The notes: generated by a model from the letters alone, not told the origin. A stretch of 25,963 bases of DNA from a virus (IMGVR_UViG_3300025103_000137:1-25963); one strand, 5' to 3'; numbered from the stretch's first letter, positions 1 to 7,935 are shown. Program-made: numbers and translations.

Positions 1-598
1 CCTGTGCATCCCTAAACTCTTCTTTCTTTATCATGTAAGCGTAAGGGTCTTCATTTTTTAAAGTATCCCAATCTACGCTACTGAACTCGTTTAGCTTGGC
101 CGATTGTTGCTCTTGCAACATCTGTAAACCATTTGCGTACATTTGCCTCTCTTGCTCTAGCCTTTGACGCTCGGACTGGATTTGCTCCGTCTCCTTACGC
201 TGCTCTGCTAATGCTTGAGACTTACGAGTGTAGTCAGCTTGCCTTTGGTATCCGTTCTTAAGTTCATCAATACCAACCTCAATTTCTTCTCCGTCTACCT
301 TAATGGTGTACTTTAAATCTTCTTCGGCTACTATTTCAGTTTCTTCTTCCTCTTCTACCTCTTCTTCGGTTTCTTCTTCAGCTTGTCCTTCCTCTTCCGA
401 TTCAGGGGCTTCTTCTTCTACCTCTTCAGCTTCCTCTGTTTCCTCTACCACTTCCTCGTCAACAGGGGTATCGGTTTCCTCGCTTGCGGTTTGCTCTTCT
501 GAGTCCCACATATTAAGGATTTGGTTTGCAGCATCTTCTGCTGAACCTTCTCTTACTCTTTCAAATCTACCTTCTTGGGTGTTCTCTGCAGAATCCAT
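1..598 (-). CDS. Capsid scaffolding protein (3' end runs off the window)
   Basis: Not in the ORF track because it is open at the edge. ATG at 598 with an AGGAGA RBS. Reads MDSAENTQEG..., a very acidic N-terminus, then YTIKVDGEEIEV..DEL..GYQRQADYTRKSQ and VDWDTLKNEDP, typical of podovirus scaffolds. Lies downstream of the portal. Confidence 0.8.
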   Translation of the reverse strand, partial: MDSAENTQEGRFERVREGSAEDAANQILNMWDSEEQTASEETDTPVDEEVVEETEEAEEVEEEAPESEEEGQAEEETEEEVEEEEETEIVAEEDLKYTIKVDGEEIEVGIDELKNGYQRQADYTRKSQALAEQRKETEQIQSERQRLEQERQMYANGLQMLQEQQSAKLNEFSSVDWDTLKNEDPYAYMIKKEEFRDAQ

Positions 599-610
599 AG
601 GTTGTCTCCT

Positions 611-871
611 CTATTCAGTTAAAAATTGTTCTTGCTCCCTTTCAGCAAGTTTGCCTGTCTCAAGCACTGAAGTTATATGTTGATTAACTAAATCCAGTGC
701 TTTGATTGTTATATATAATCTATCTCTTTCCACTTCTTCGGCAACTTTGGTATCAAGCAAGTATTGTACTAATGCTTCCTTGACTGTGGCTAGAGCCTCT
801 ACATATAGAGGATGTTCTAAAATCTGTTTAGCTTGGTCTGCCCTTGCTATCTCTTCTCCCTTGTTCCCCAT
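611..871 (-). CDS. Small helical hypothetical protein between portal and scaffold
   Basis: 86-aa ORF tightly packed between portal and scaffold on the same strand. Confidence 0.75.
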   Translation of the reverse strand: MGNKGEEIARADQAKQILEHPLYVEALATVKEALVQYLLDTKVAEEVERDRLYITIKALDLVNQHITSVLETGKLAEREQEQFLTE

Positions 872-872
872 G

Positions 873-2918
873 TTAAGTTCCTATTTTAACAGCTCGTTCT
901 TGTTGTCTTTCTAGTTCAAGCTCTTGTTGCTTAAGTGCAAGTTCTGCTTTCTTAATCTCAAGTTCTTGTGCTTTAATTTGCATGTCCACACTAGCTTCTT
1001 GTTGTTTAAGTTCCAAATCTTGCTGTGATATCTGTGCATCAAGCTGCATCTCTTGTTGTTTAAGTTGGGATTCTGCTTGTATTTTTTGTACTTTAACTTG
1101 TAGCTCTTGTTGTTTAAGCTGTGCTTCTTGCATTTTAGCCTGTTCTTCTGGGCTAGGTCCTTGTTGTTGCTGAACATCTTGGTCCCCGGGGTCTGTAATA
1201 AAGTCATCTACATTCTTCATACCCATAGCTTTTATTTGTTCAGCTACTAAATTGTATACATTCTTAGGTTTAAGTAGCATTCCTGCTGCTGGGTGTTGTG
1301 CAATCATTTGTATTGTTTGCGACAATCTACCTAAATGCATAAGGTTCATATCTTTATTACCAAAACCTAAACCTACCTGTGCAGTACAATCCATTTTGGT
1401 TTTCCATTCGTGTGGATATAAAGTAGTCCACTGATTGTTTAATCTAACTAGTTTTTCAGGCTTTTCAAATTTCTGTACTAACATATATACAGACTGTGCT
1501 AAATCTTTCATTCCTGTTTCAGCAAATATTCTAGCTATTAATTCTATTTTCTGCTGTGCTGCGGTCATAACTTGACCTACGCCTGTAGCAGTTTGATGCG
1601 ATTTTAATGCACCTTCAGATAAACCCATTGAATTCTTACTAACGCCAGTTCGCTCTTCTCTAATACTGTCTAGGTATCCTAGCATATTAAAAGAGTTCTG
1701 GTCTAGTTGTGGTGTTCCCAGAGGGTTGACAGCACCCGGTGTGCGTACTCTTACAATACCACCCGGTCTAGAAGTCATTAGGTCATCTAAATTTGCTTGA
1801 CCTTCCACTACCTCGTATCGCCCATTATTTGTTAGATACATATTGTCTAACAAGTTACGCATTAGTGTAGTCTTAATGAGTTGAAGGTCGGAGATTAAGT
1901 CATAAATACTCAGACCGTAAAACTTATGAGGCATTGGTATAGGTGTAAGGGAGGAGAAGGGAACACTATCCACAGCCTCATTATCTAACAGTTCATCTCC
2001 AACCTTCGTTACTTTTCTTAGTTCAGCAATGCCATCGTTGTCATAGTCAACACGCATGTAGCATTCTGTAACCCAAATTCCGTCATCAATATCACCTTCT
2101 GGTGCATTGTCTTGTTCTTGTGAGAATCTAGAAAGTCTTTCAGCTTTATAGTCAGCTTCATCATTACTAAATACATTCTCTATTTTACTCTTAGGGTAGC
2201 CTTGTTCTATTAGTTCAGACTTAGTTCTTTTTACCCTGTGTCCTACAAAACGAGCATCCTCTATTGTCTTGGCATACTTGTTTATTAAAAATTCTTCTGG
2301 TGGTACAGCTTCTATTCTAACTTGGCCATCATCATATGTTCTACTAACTACAACATCATGTGTTACTTGTTGTGGCTGTAATGAAATAACATCGCTAGCT
2401 TCTAATCCATTAGGAGTGTGCTCTAGTACCTCTACATTATCTTCTAATAGTAATGCAGTAAACTCTTCTTCTGTTAAGTTCTTGTACTCTTCTCGTAATG
2501 TTTCACTACTGTCATCCCAATAGTGTTTTACTATACCATTCTTTTGTAGCAGTGCATCCTTAAACCATTGATATATAATAGAAAATCCTGGGTTTTGTCT
2601 CATAATGACATGGTTCACATAATCTGTGGACTGCTTTGCCATTGTAACATCTTCAGGTCCCTGTGGTTCAAATTGTACTACCTTATCGCCCGAAGTAAAT
2701 ATCTTCATAAGGCTAGGCATAATCCATTCGATTACATCTGCTACATCTCTTGTGACAATCTGTGAACGACCTTCTTGCTCATTACCATACTTTTTGCCAT
2801 AGTAACGGTCTAACGCATCAGAGCGTTGTTCTGTCAGCTTTCCGTCTTTGTACCCTAGAGCTGAGTTAATTTCTTGCTCTAGGTGAGCAGATAGCTCACG
2901 CTTTGTCATTTTAGCCAT
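873..2918 (-). CDS. Portal protein with Gln-rich C-terminal coiled coil (P22-like barrel)
   Basis: 681 aa, downstream of TerL. Contains FKDALLQKNGIVK, P.PH..YG.S and ELIARIFAETG segments typical of this portal family, and a Q/E/K/L heptad tail. Confidence 0.88.
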   Translation of the reverse strand: MAKMTKRELSAHLEQEINSALGYKDGKLTEQRSDALDRYYGKKYGNEQEGRSQIVTRDVADVIEWIMPSLMKIFTSGDKVVQFEPQGPEDVTMAKQSTDYVNHVIMRQNPGFSIIYQWFKDALLQKNGIVKHYWDDSSETLREEYKNLTEEEFTALLLEDNVEVLEHTPNGLEASDVISLQPQQVTHDVVVSRTYDDGQVRIEAVPPEEFLINKYAKTIEDARFVGHRVKRTKSELIEQGYPKSKIENVFSNDEADYKAERLSRFSQEQDNAPEGDIDDGIWVTECYMRVDYDNDGIAELRKVTKVGDELLDNEAVDSVPFSSLTPIPMPHKFYGLSIYDLISDLQLIKTTLMRNLLDNMYLTNNGRYEVVEGQANLDDLMTSRPGGIVRVRTPGAVNPLGTPQLDQNSFNMLGYLDSIREERTGVSKNSMGLSEGALKSHQTATGVGQVMTAAQQKIELIARIFAETGMKDLAQSVYMLVQKFEKPEKLVRLNNQWTTLYPHEWKTKMDCTAQVGLGFGNKDMNLMHLGRLSQTIQMIAQHPAAGMLLKPKNVYNLVAEQIKAMGMKNVDDFITDPGDQDVQQQQGPSPEEQAKMQEAQLKQQELQVKVQKIQAESQLKQQEMQLDAQISQQDLELKQQEASVDMQIKAQELEIKKAELALKQQELELERQQERAVKIGT

Positions 2919-2921
2919 AAA

Positions 2922-3059
2922 TTATTTACCTTTATTTATAGGGTATTTTGTTTCTTTAGGTGGTGGCGTGGACATACTGACTGTTTTCATAATGTGTTTG
3001 AGGTCTTTAATGTCCTGTGCCATTTCTAATATTTTATTTTCTAACCATTTCGGATTCAT
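2922..3059 (-). CDS. Small hypothetical protein (45 aa, MNPKWLENKILEMAQDIKDLK...)
   Basis: Hand-translated. AGGAGA RBS; fills the gap between TerL and the portal. Confidence 0.7.
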   Translation of the reverse strand: MNPKWLENKILEMAQDIKDLKHIMKTVSMSTPPPKETKYPINKGK

Positions 3060-3069
3060 ATACTTCTCC

Positions 3070-4359
3070 TTATATTATCCAACTTAAATCAGTCTTAGGA
3101 AGTTCCTTTCCCCAAGCACTGTCATTACCTGTGAACACTACATCTGTTATACACAAGTACCTAAAAGCATCGCTGGCGTGTGATGTCCAGTCATGCACTG
3201 GTCGTTGTGACCATATCTTTTTCTTGTCATCATAGCTACTTCTATATTGTAGTAATGCTTCCAATCCTTTCTTGGTAGTGCTTTCATCAAACCAGCACTT
3301 GTTTAAATAAGTTCTAGTAGTATCAATACCATCCATAACCTTTAACTTTGGTGCTACTTGAAAGTCTATGCCTAGGTCAAATGCTAGGTCTCGTCTTGAC
3401 TTACCAGTAGAAAATTCTCTAACTACTATATCGTGTGGTGCTATGTGTGCACCATAATGATAACCCTTCCTGTTTAGTACCTCTATATAGTGAGGTAGTC
3501 CTTCATTAGAGTTTTCATAATAATCTATAACGTGTACTGCTTTACCAACAAATTGTACAAACCATATACTGGTTGCGTCTGATACCCCAAGGTCCCATGC
3601 TGTTACTACTTGTTTAGACGGGTCATAAGGGACTTTCCCCACTCGGTCTTCTTCATAAGCAGTTTCAATCTCTTTAGCATAATACGCACCTCTAAGTGCA
3701 GCAGACCAAGAACACTCGTATTCTTGTTCAAATTCAGTCTCTGCCATATCCTGTTTCGCAAGTTCAAGCTCTTCATCATCTAGTATCCCTGTTTCACTCG
3801 CCTTGTATAAGAATCTGGCCCATCCCTTCTTCTCTGGGGCAGAGTGGTATAAATCATAAAATTCGTTTTTCCCTTTAGGTGTACCAATAAATATGGCATA
3901 CCCTTTCCTATCTGATAGTGCTGGCCTTATAACCTCAGAGAACATCTTAGGGTTCATCTGAGCGTACTCATCCAATACTACACCATCAAGATAAATTCCA
4001 CGGAGAGTATCATAGTTATCAGCTCCGTACAGTTGTATCCTAGCTCCCATAAAGTCAGCTCTTAATTCCGCTTCATTAAACTTAACTTCTGGAAATACAG
4101 CACATAGTCTTTTTAATTCATCCCAAGCGACTGTCTTAGCCTGCTTAAATAGTGGTGCTATGTACGCATATCTAGGTGCTGGTTTACCTTTACCTATATC
4201 CTCTACAGAACTTTTGATTAACTGGTTTATAGCAAACACAGTCTTACCAAATCGTCTGTGACACACTACAACATTAAATCTATCTAGCGTTGTATGTAAA
4301 TGTCTTTGTAATTCCCTAGGTGTATAGGGTATTACTATAGGTTTTCTCTCCTCTTGCAT
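3070..4359 (-). CDS. terL: Terminase large subunit
   Basis: Walker A HRRFGKT, YIAP motif, LRG..LDGVVLDE Walker B, IGTPKG motif III, and an RNase H-like nuclease domain (WDLGVSD...HASDAFRY). Confidence 0.95.
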   Translation of the reverse strand: MQEERKPIVIPYTPRELQRHLHTTLDRFNVVVCHRRFGKTVFAINQLIKSSVEDIGKGKPAPRYAYIAPLFKQAKTVAWDELKRLCAVFPEVKFNEAELRADFMGARIQLYGADNYDTLRGIYLDGVVLDEYAQMNPKMFSEVIRPALSDRKGYAIFIGTPKGKNEFYDLYHSAPEKKGWARFLYKASETGILDDEELELAKQDMAETEFEQEYECSWSAALRGAYYAKEIETAYEEDRVGKVPYDPSKQVVTAWDLGVSDATSIWFVQFVGKAVHVIDYYENSNEGLPHYIEVLNRKGYHYGAHIAPHDIVVREFSTGKSRRDLAFDLGIDFQVAPKLKVMDGIDTTRTYLNKCWFDESTTKKGLEALLQYRSSYDDKKKIWSQRPVHDWTSHASDAFRYLCITDVVFTGNDSAWGKELPKTDLSWII

Positions 4360-4364
4360 AAAGT

Positions 4365-4952
4365 TTAGTGTACCTTACTATCTTTATCCCTTAATACTTG
4401 GTTAGCGTCTGCAATATCTTTTTCATCACTAGCCCATTGTATGTCAAACTGTCTATCTTCTACAACAACGTGGTGTTTAGGAGACCATCCGGCTTGTGTC
4501 TTTAACCAAAACGTAGTCATGCTAGGAGATTCACCGCTAACTGCCATTTCATAGGCTACACCTGCTACTCGGGCGGTGCGTTTTTCTTTACCTACTAGCA
4601 AATTGTGTGCATAATATTTTGTTAGGGTCGCATTACTAATACCCATAACCTTAGCTATAGTGTGCTGGTCTAATCCTATAGTAACCATCTCTTCTACTTT
4701 AGAATAGTCATCATCTGTAGGCTTATACGTTTGTCCTCTTTTGATTCTAGACTTTTTACCGCCAGCTTTTTTAGATTCTGAACTAAGACCACCAGTAGGT
4801 CGACCTCGCTTACGCTCTATCTTTAATACAGCATCTGCTGGTACGACACCCTTAGCTGATGCAACTGCATAACGTAGTTCTTCTTCGAGTTCTTTTTCTA
4901 TTTCTCTAATCTCATCTTCTGAGTCTATAGAGATTTCACCTTTATTTGCCAT
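4365..4952 (-). CDS. terS: Terminase small subunit (HTH, AT-hook-like RKRGRP)
   Basis: Immediately upstream of terL. HTH segment GLDQHTIAKVMGISNATLTKYY and FWLKTQAGW motif typical of TerS. Confidence 0.8.
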   Translation of the reverse strand: MANKGEISIDSEDEIREIEKELEEELRYAVASAKGVVPADAVLKIERKRGRPTGGLSSESKKAGGKKSRIKRGQTYKPTDDDYSKVEEMVTIGLDQHTIAKVMGISNATLTKYYAHNLLVGKEKRTARVAGVAYEMAVSGESPSMTTFWLKTQAGWSPKHHVVVEDRQFDIQWASDEKDIADANQVLRDKDSKVH

Positions 4953-4957
4953 ATACT

Positions 4958-4971
4958 AATATTATACCATA
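4958..4971 (-). promoter_or_regulatory. Extended -10 sigma70-type promoter (TATGGTATAATATT) directly before the terS ATG
   Basis: TGnTATAAT on the minus strand, -10 hexamer at 4961-4966. An identical 14-mer occurs at 5104-5117. Confidence 0.65.
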
Positions 4972-5002
4972 AAATTGCTTATTGTGTTCCTAGAATATAT
5001 AC

Positions 5003-5048
5003 AAAGTTATTCATTTAATTTATATAAACAATTAATATTGGTTCAATG
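5003..5048 (-). repeat. Dispersed AT-rich element, inverted homologue of 9088-9126
   Basis: Minus strand CATTGAACCAATATTAATTGTTTATATAAATTAAATGAATAACTTT aligns with plus strand CATTGAACCAATTTATTGTTTATATAAATAAATAACTTT using only small indels. Confidence 0.8.
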
Positions 5049-5103
5049 TAACTTTAGTAGCGTGGTTCTAGGAATAGTAGCTTAGTTAACTTAAAATATA
5101 AGC

Positions 5104-5117
5104 AATATTATACCATA
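5104..5117 (-). promoter_or_regulatory. Second extended -10 promoter for the packaging/head operon
   Basis: TATGGTATAATATT on the minus strand, identical to 4958-4971. Confidence 0.65.
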
Positions 5118-5275
5118 TATTTCTTAGTTTGTGTAAGTATTTTATTCATTGTGCCCGAATTCTGGGTAGGTGTGCAGGGAATTACTCAAAAAATAATAAT
5201 TTTGGATGGAGGTAGGATTCTGTGTGTGTGCAAATTCGTGGAAAGGGTGTCCGCCCCTCGCCTTTCTGGGCTTTT

Positions 5276-5345
5276 CTCCCCTCGTTTTTATTCGTAGACA
5301 CTCGAAGGGTATAAACTCCCCTTTTGTTTTTTATTCGGAGTCGAA
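5276..5345. repeat. Two imperfect direct repeats with a 40-nt period in the divergent intergenic region
   Basis: CTCCCCTCGTTTTTATTCGTAGACACTCGAA (5276-5306) versus CTCCCCTTTTGTTTTTTATTCGGAGTCGAA (5316-5345). Extra ATTCGT cores lie near 5234 and 5345. Confidence 0.55.
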
Positions 5346-5426
5346 TTCGTAGTTTTTATATATCATTTTCTTAATACACAAAGTGTACAAAGTTTTAATT
5401 AAATGTAAATAAATCCATGTTTTTAC

Positions 5427-5458
5427 TTGACAAAGTAATAAAAGCTAAGTAATATAAT
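5427..5458 (+). promoter_or_regulatory. Strong early sigma70 promoter
   Basis: TTGACA at 5427-5432, TAATAT at 17-nt spacing (5450-5455) overlapping TATAAT (5453-5458), and an AT-rich UP-like region upstream. Confidence 0.75.
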
Positions 5459-5493
5459 CCCTGCAATAATGCAAAAATGGAGATATAAAACAA

Positions 5494-5664
5494 ATGACAA
5501 ATAAAAAGCAATTTACAAAGGATTTAAACGAATATTTATATAAATGGTTTGAAGTTTACGAGTGCATTCCTTTAGTAGTTAGACTCAAAGGAAAAGAATA
5601 CACAAGGACTGAGTTCATGCCTTATGTTAATAATGAACTTAAACTCTGGAATATAAACGTATAA
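5494..5664 (+). CDS. First early hypothetical protein (56 aa, MTNKKQFTKDLNEYLYKWF...)
   Basis: Hand-translated. GGAGA RBS; lies directly after the early promoter. Confidence 0.75.
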   Translation: MTNKKQFTKDLNEYLYKWFEVYECIPLVVRLKGKEYTRTEFMPYVNNELKLWNINV

Positions 5665-5666
5665 TC

Positions 5667-5709
5667 ATAAAAGCTAAGGGCTTTCACATCGAGAGCCTTT
5701 ACCCTTTAT
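5667..5709 (+). promoter_or_regulatory. Intercistronic RNA hairpin (RNase III-like processing or stability site)
   Basis: 11-bp stem TAAGGGCTTTC/GAGAGCCTTTA with G-U pairs, plus outer ATAAA/TTTAT pairing. No clear U tract. Confidence 0.5.
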
Positions 5710-5730
5710 TATAAAATGGAGATATAAAGA

Positions 5731-6351
5731 ATGGAATACTTACACAGGCTCACAGAGTCAAAAATGACTGGTAAATTAAAAGGAATACCAGCTTTAAATA
5801 CTAACACCTTGACAAATGAATACTGTAGCAAAATGAGAAGCACAGACACTAATTGCATTTGTGAAATTTGTTATAGTGCCTCGATGTTAGAAGGTGCAAG
5901 GAAAAATTGCGCTCCATCATGGGAGAAGAATTCAAAGGCCTTAGAGAACATTATACCCCTTGATAATTTACCCTCGATTAACGCTCATACTTTCCGCTTC
6001 CATGCGCATGGAGAGTTAATCAACTACGAGCATTTAATAAACTTTATTAACATAGCTAAATTGAACCCTGATACACATTTTGCTTTATGGACTAAGAGAA
6101 GCAATCTAGTTAAGCAGTTCTTAGAGTGCGAGGAAGCACCCAAAAACATCATTTTTATTTATTCTAATCCAAAAACCAATAGAATAATAGAAAAGCCCCC
6201 TAAAGGCTTTCACAAGGTTTTTAACGCTTCATATGATGACAGTGTTAAAGAAGGCCAAGTGCATTGCACTGGTCAAAAATGCGTTGACTGTATGGCATGT
6301 TATAGACATAACGAAAATACAGTTATAATCGAGAAAGTAAAACGGAGATAA
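5731..6351 (+). CDS. Gp88-like Cys-rich early protein (possible Fe-S/radical-SAM-like fold)
   Basis: SKM.GKL start, C..M.....C.CEICY cluster, FRFHAHGEL, HFALWTKR and C-terminal C.G.KC.DC..CY. Resembles the phage gene 88 family from memory. Confidence 0.6.
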   Translation: MEYLHRLTESKMTGKLKGIPALNTNTLTNEYCSKMRSTDTNCICEICYSASMLEGARKNCAPSWEKNSKALENIIPLDNLPSINAHTFRFHAHGELINYEHLINFINIAKLNPDTHFALWTKRSNLVKQFLECEEAPKNIIFIYSNPKTNRIIEKPPKGFHKVFNASYDDSVKEGQVHCTGQKCVDCMACYRHNENTVIIEKVKRR

Positions 6352-6356
6352 AACAA

Positions 6357-6551
6357 ATGGAAAAAATACTTAATACTTATAAGATAGTACACTATCAAGA
6401 ACTTGATAACCTAAGCGAAAACTTAGGGGTATCAATTAAATTTATTAATGCTAAAAATGATTATGAAGCAATGGCAATAGTTAGAGATAACTATAACATT
6501 CCTTTGGGTTGGATTAAAAGCAGTACATTAGCTAAATCAGGGGGTAAATAA
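6357..6551 (+). CDS. Early hypothetical protein
   Basis: 64 aa, GGAGA RBS, operon packing. Confidence 0.7.
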   Translation: MEKILNTYKIVHYQELDNLSENLGVSIKFINAKNDYEAMAIVRDNYNIPLGWIKSSTLAKSGGK

Positions 6552-6667
6552 TGATATTAGATATATTCATTGCCTTACTGGTTATTATAGGCCTGTGTTG
6601 TGTTGTAGTAACTCAGGACTATGCAAAAGAGATTAACAATAAAATAGACAAGGAATTACAAGAATGA
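6551..6667 (+). CDS. Small single-TM protein (38 aa, MILDIFIALLVIIGLCCVVVTQ...)
   Basis: TAATG overlap with the previous stop, GGGGG RBS, and a hydrophobic N-terminal stretch of about 20 residues. Confidence 0.65.
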   Translation: MILDIFIALLVIIGLCCVVVTQDYAKEINNKIDKELQE

Positions 6668-6819
6668 AAACACTTTATAAAATACTTATGACACTAGGTG
6701 CAATCGGTGTTATAATTAATACAAGTATATTATTATGGCAAGTACAAGTGATTATCAGCCTTAATAATTCACATAATTGGCTTGACTTAACCTTCGATAC
6801 ATGGTTTAATAGCCTATAG
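6664..6819 (+). CDS. Small single-TM protein (51 aa, MKTLYKILMTLGAIGVIINTSILLWQV...)
   Basis: ATGA overlap, AAGGA RBS, hydrophobic helix. Confidence 0.65.
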   Translation: MKTLYKILMTLGAIGVIINTSILLWQVQVIISLNNSHNWLDLTFDTWFNSL

Positions 6820-6830
6820 AGATAATCTCC

Positions 6831-7109
6831 GAGTCCTGAGCATGACTTAATAAACTGCTCCCAAATTTGTGTAGAGTTAAGAGTACAAATATGTATAACC
6901 TTATCCGCACATCTTACCGGTATCTAGTGCCAATGGTGGAAGCCCTGAAAATCTAGAGAGGAGTCCTGAGTATGACATAAAACTGCTCACTTACTGGCTG
7001 TAATTTTGTATAGTGTATCCTAAGAACATTACAACAGTACGCACTTCCTAAGTATGAAGTCTGCTAATAAACTGCTTACTAACCATGAGTTTGTACAATC
7101 CATGTTAGT
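6831..7109 (+). ncRNA. Structured RNA array: three H-type pseudoknot repeats, each followed by a unique hairpin
   Basis: Repeats at 6831-6860, 6961-6989 and 7043-7078 follow stem1-CT-RAGYA-T-stem1'-A-rich linker ending AAAC-TGCTY. Both stems show compensatory changes. No ORF of 60 aa or more spans the region. Confidence 0.7.
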
Positions 7110-7118
7110 TGTTAGAAA

Positions 7119-7159
7119 TATAGGCTATTGCTATTTACTCATGAGGGCGATAGTCTATA
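7119..7159 (+). promoter_or_regulatory. 14-bp RNA hairpin (RNase III-like site) before the next cistron
   Basis: TATAGGCTATTGCT pairs with GGCGATAGTCTATA using three G-U pairs. Confidence 0.55.
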
Positions 7160-7187
7160 CTCCTATTAACTAAGAAAAGGATAAAAT

Positions 7188-7427
7188 ATGGAAATGCGAA
7201 ACTGGTCGGGAGATGCCACAAAAATCTTCAAAGGTAAGACTGTTGATAAAATTAGATATACGGCAGAAGATGAACTAGAAAGTCTTGGTTGGGATACGGC
7301 AACACCAGTTATTTTCTTCACTGATGGCTCATGGATATTAACCAGTAGTGATGATGAGGGAAATTATGGTGGTGCATTCTTTACTTCTTCCTCTGAGATG
7401 GAAGTTATACCACAAGGGGGTAGATGA
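7188..7427 (+). CDS. Early hypothetical protein
   Basis: 79 aa, AAGGA RBS, D-D-E-G-N-x-G-G motif. Confidence 0.75.
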   Translation: MEMRNWSGDATKIFKGKTVDKIRYTAEDELESLGWDTATPVIFFTDGSWILTSSDDEGNYGGAFFTSSSEMEVIPQGGR

Positions 7428-7738
7428 TGAAAGATATTACAAAGAAAGTACATAAAGTTGTTGCTGATATTAAAGAAGTAAAATTAGCACCCAAAGGCTT
7501 GGGTTTTTATAATGTAACTATATCTAAATCAACAACATTTGAAGATACCTTTGCATACAGTCAAGAAGAAGCAGAGGAATTAGCACTTAGTAGTTTTGAA
7601 ACTGGTGGTGGGCAAGGTGCATTAGATGGTGTATCTGCCGAGGCAGAAGCAGAATTGCAAACTGACGATAGAGCAGAAGTACAAGAGATGTATGAATGTT
7701 GTTGGAATGAAGAACCTATTGCCGAGCCGAGAGGTTAA
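7424..7738 (+). CDS. Acidic early hypothetical protein
   Basis: 104 aa, overlapping start/stop, GGGGG RBS. Confidence 0.7.
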   Translation: MMKDITKKVHKVVADIKEVKLAPKGLGFYNVTISKSTTFEDTFAYSQEEAEELALSSFETGGGQGALDGVSAEAEAELQTDDRAEVQEMYECCWNEEPIAEPRG

Positions 7739-7740
7739 AT

Positions 7741-7935
7741 ATGAATCCAAATAACAATAAACACTTTAATGATGAAGCCTTGAGAATTAATAGAACTCTC
7801 AAGAAAGAAAATGATGCACTCAAGCTAGAGATTAAAAGTCTTTGGGCTGACATCTCTGAAGTTGAAAAGCAATTAGCTAAATACCTAAGTGCTACTGAGT
7901 TTAATAACTATAACAAGGAGAATAATAATGAGTAG
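7741..7935 (+). CDS. Small coiled-coil hypothetical protein
   Basis: 64 aa, GAGG RBS, heptad pattern. Confidence 0.7.
   Translation: MNPNNNKHFNDEALRINRTLKKENDALKLEIKSLWADISEVEKQLAKYLSATEFNNYNKENNNE

Noticed and set aside
303-2765. Plus-strand Ser/Cys-rich ORFs (303-683, 702-914, 982-1173 and others) and the alternative-frame ORF 911-1207
   Set aside because: These are shadows of the scaffold and portal genes, with low-complexity antisense translations and no RBS.
6836-6856. Hammerhead ribozyme (CUGA...GA...AAAC resemblance)
   Set aside because: The CUGANGA and GAAA cores are not intact, copy 3 has CUAA, and the three-stem junction cannot be drawn.
6831-7078. CRISPR mini-array interpretation of the three repeats
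   Set aside because: Spacers are unequal (100 and about 53 nt) and self-structured, the repeats vary in length and fold as pseudoknots, and there is no cas operon.
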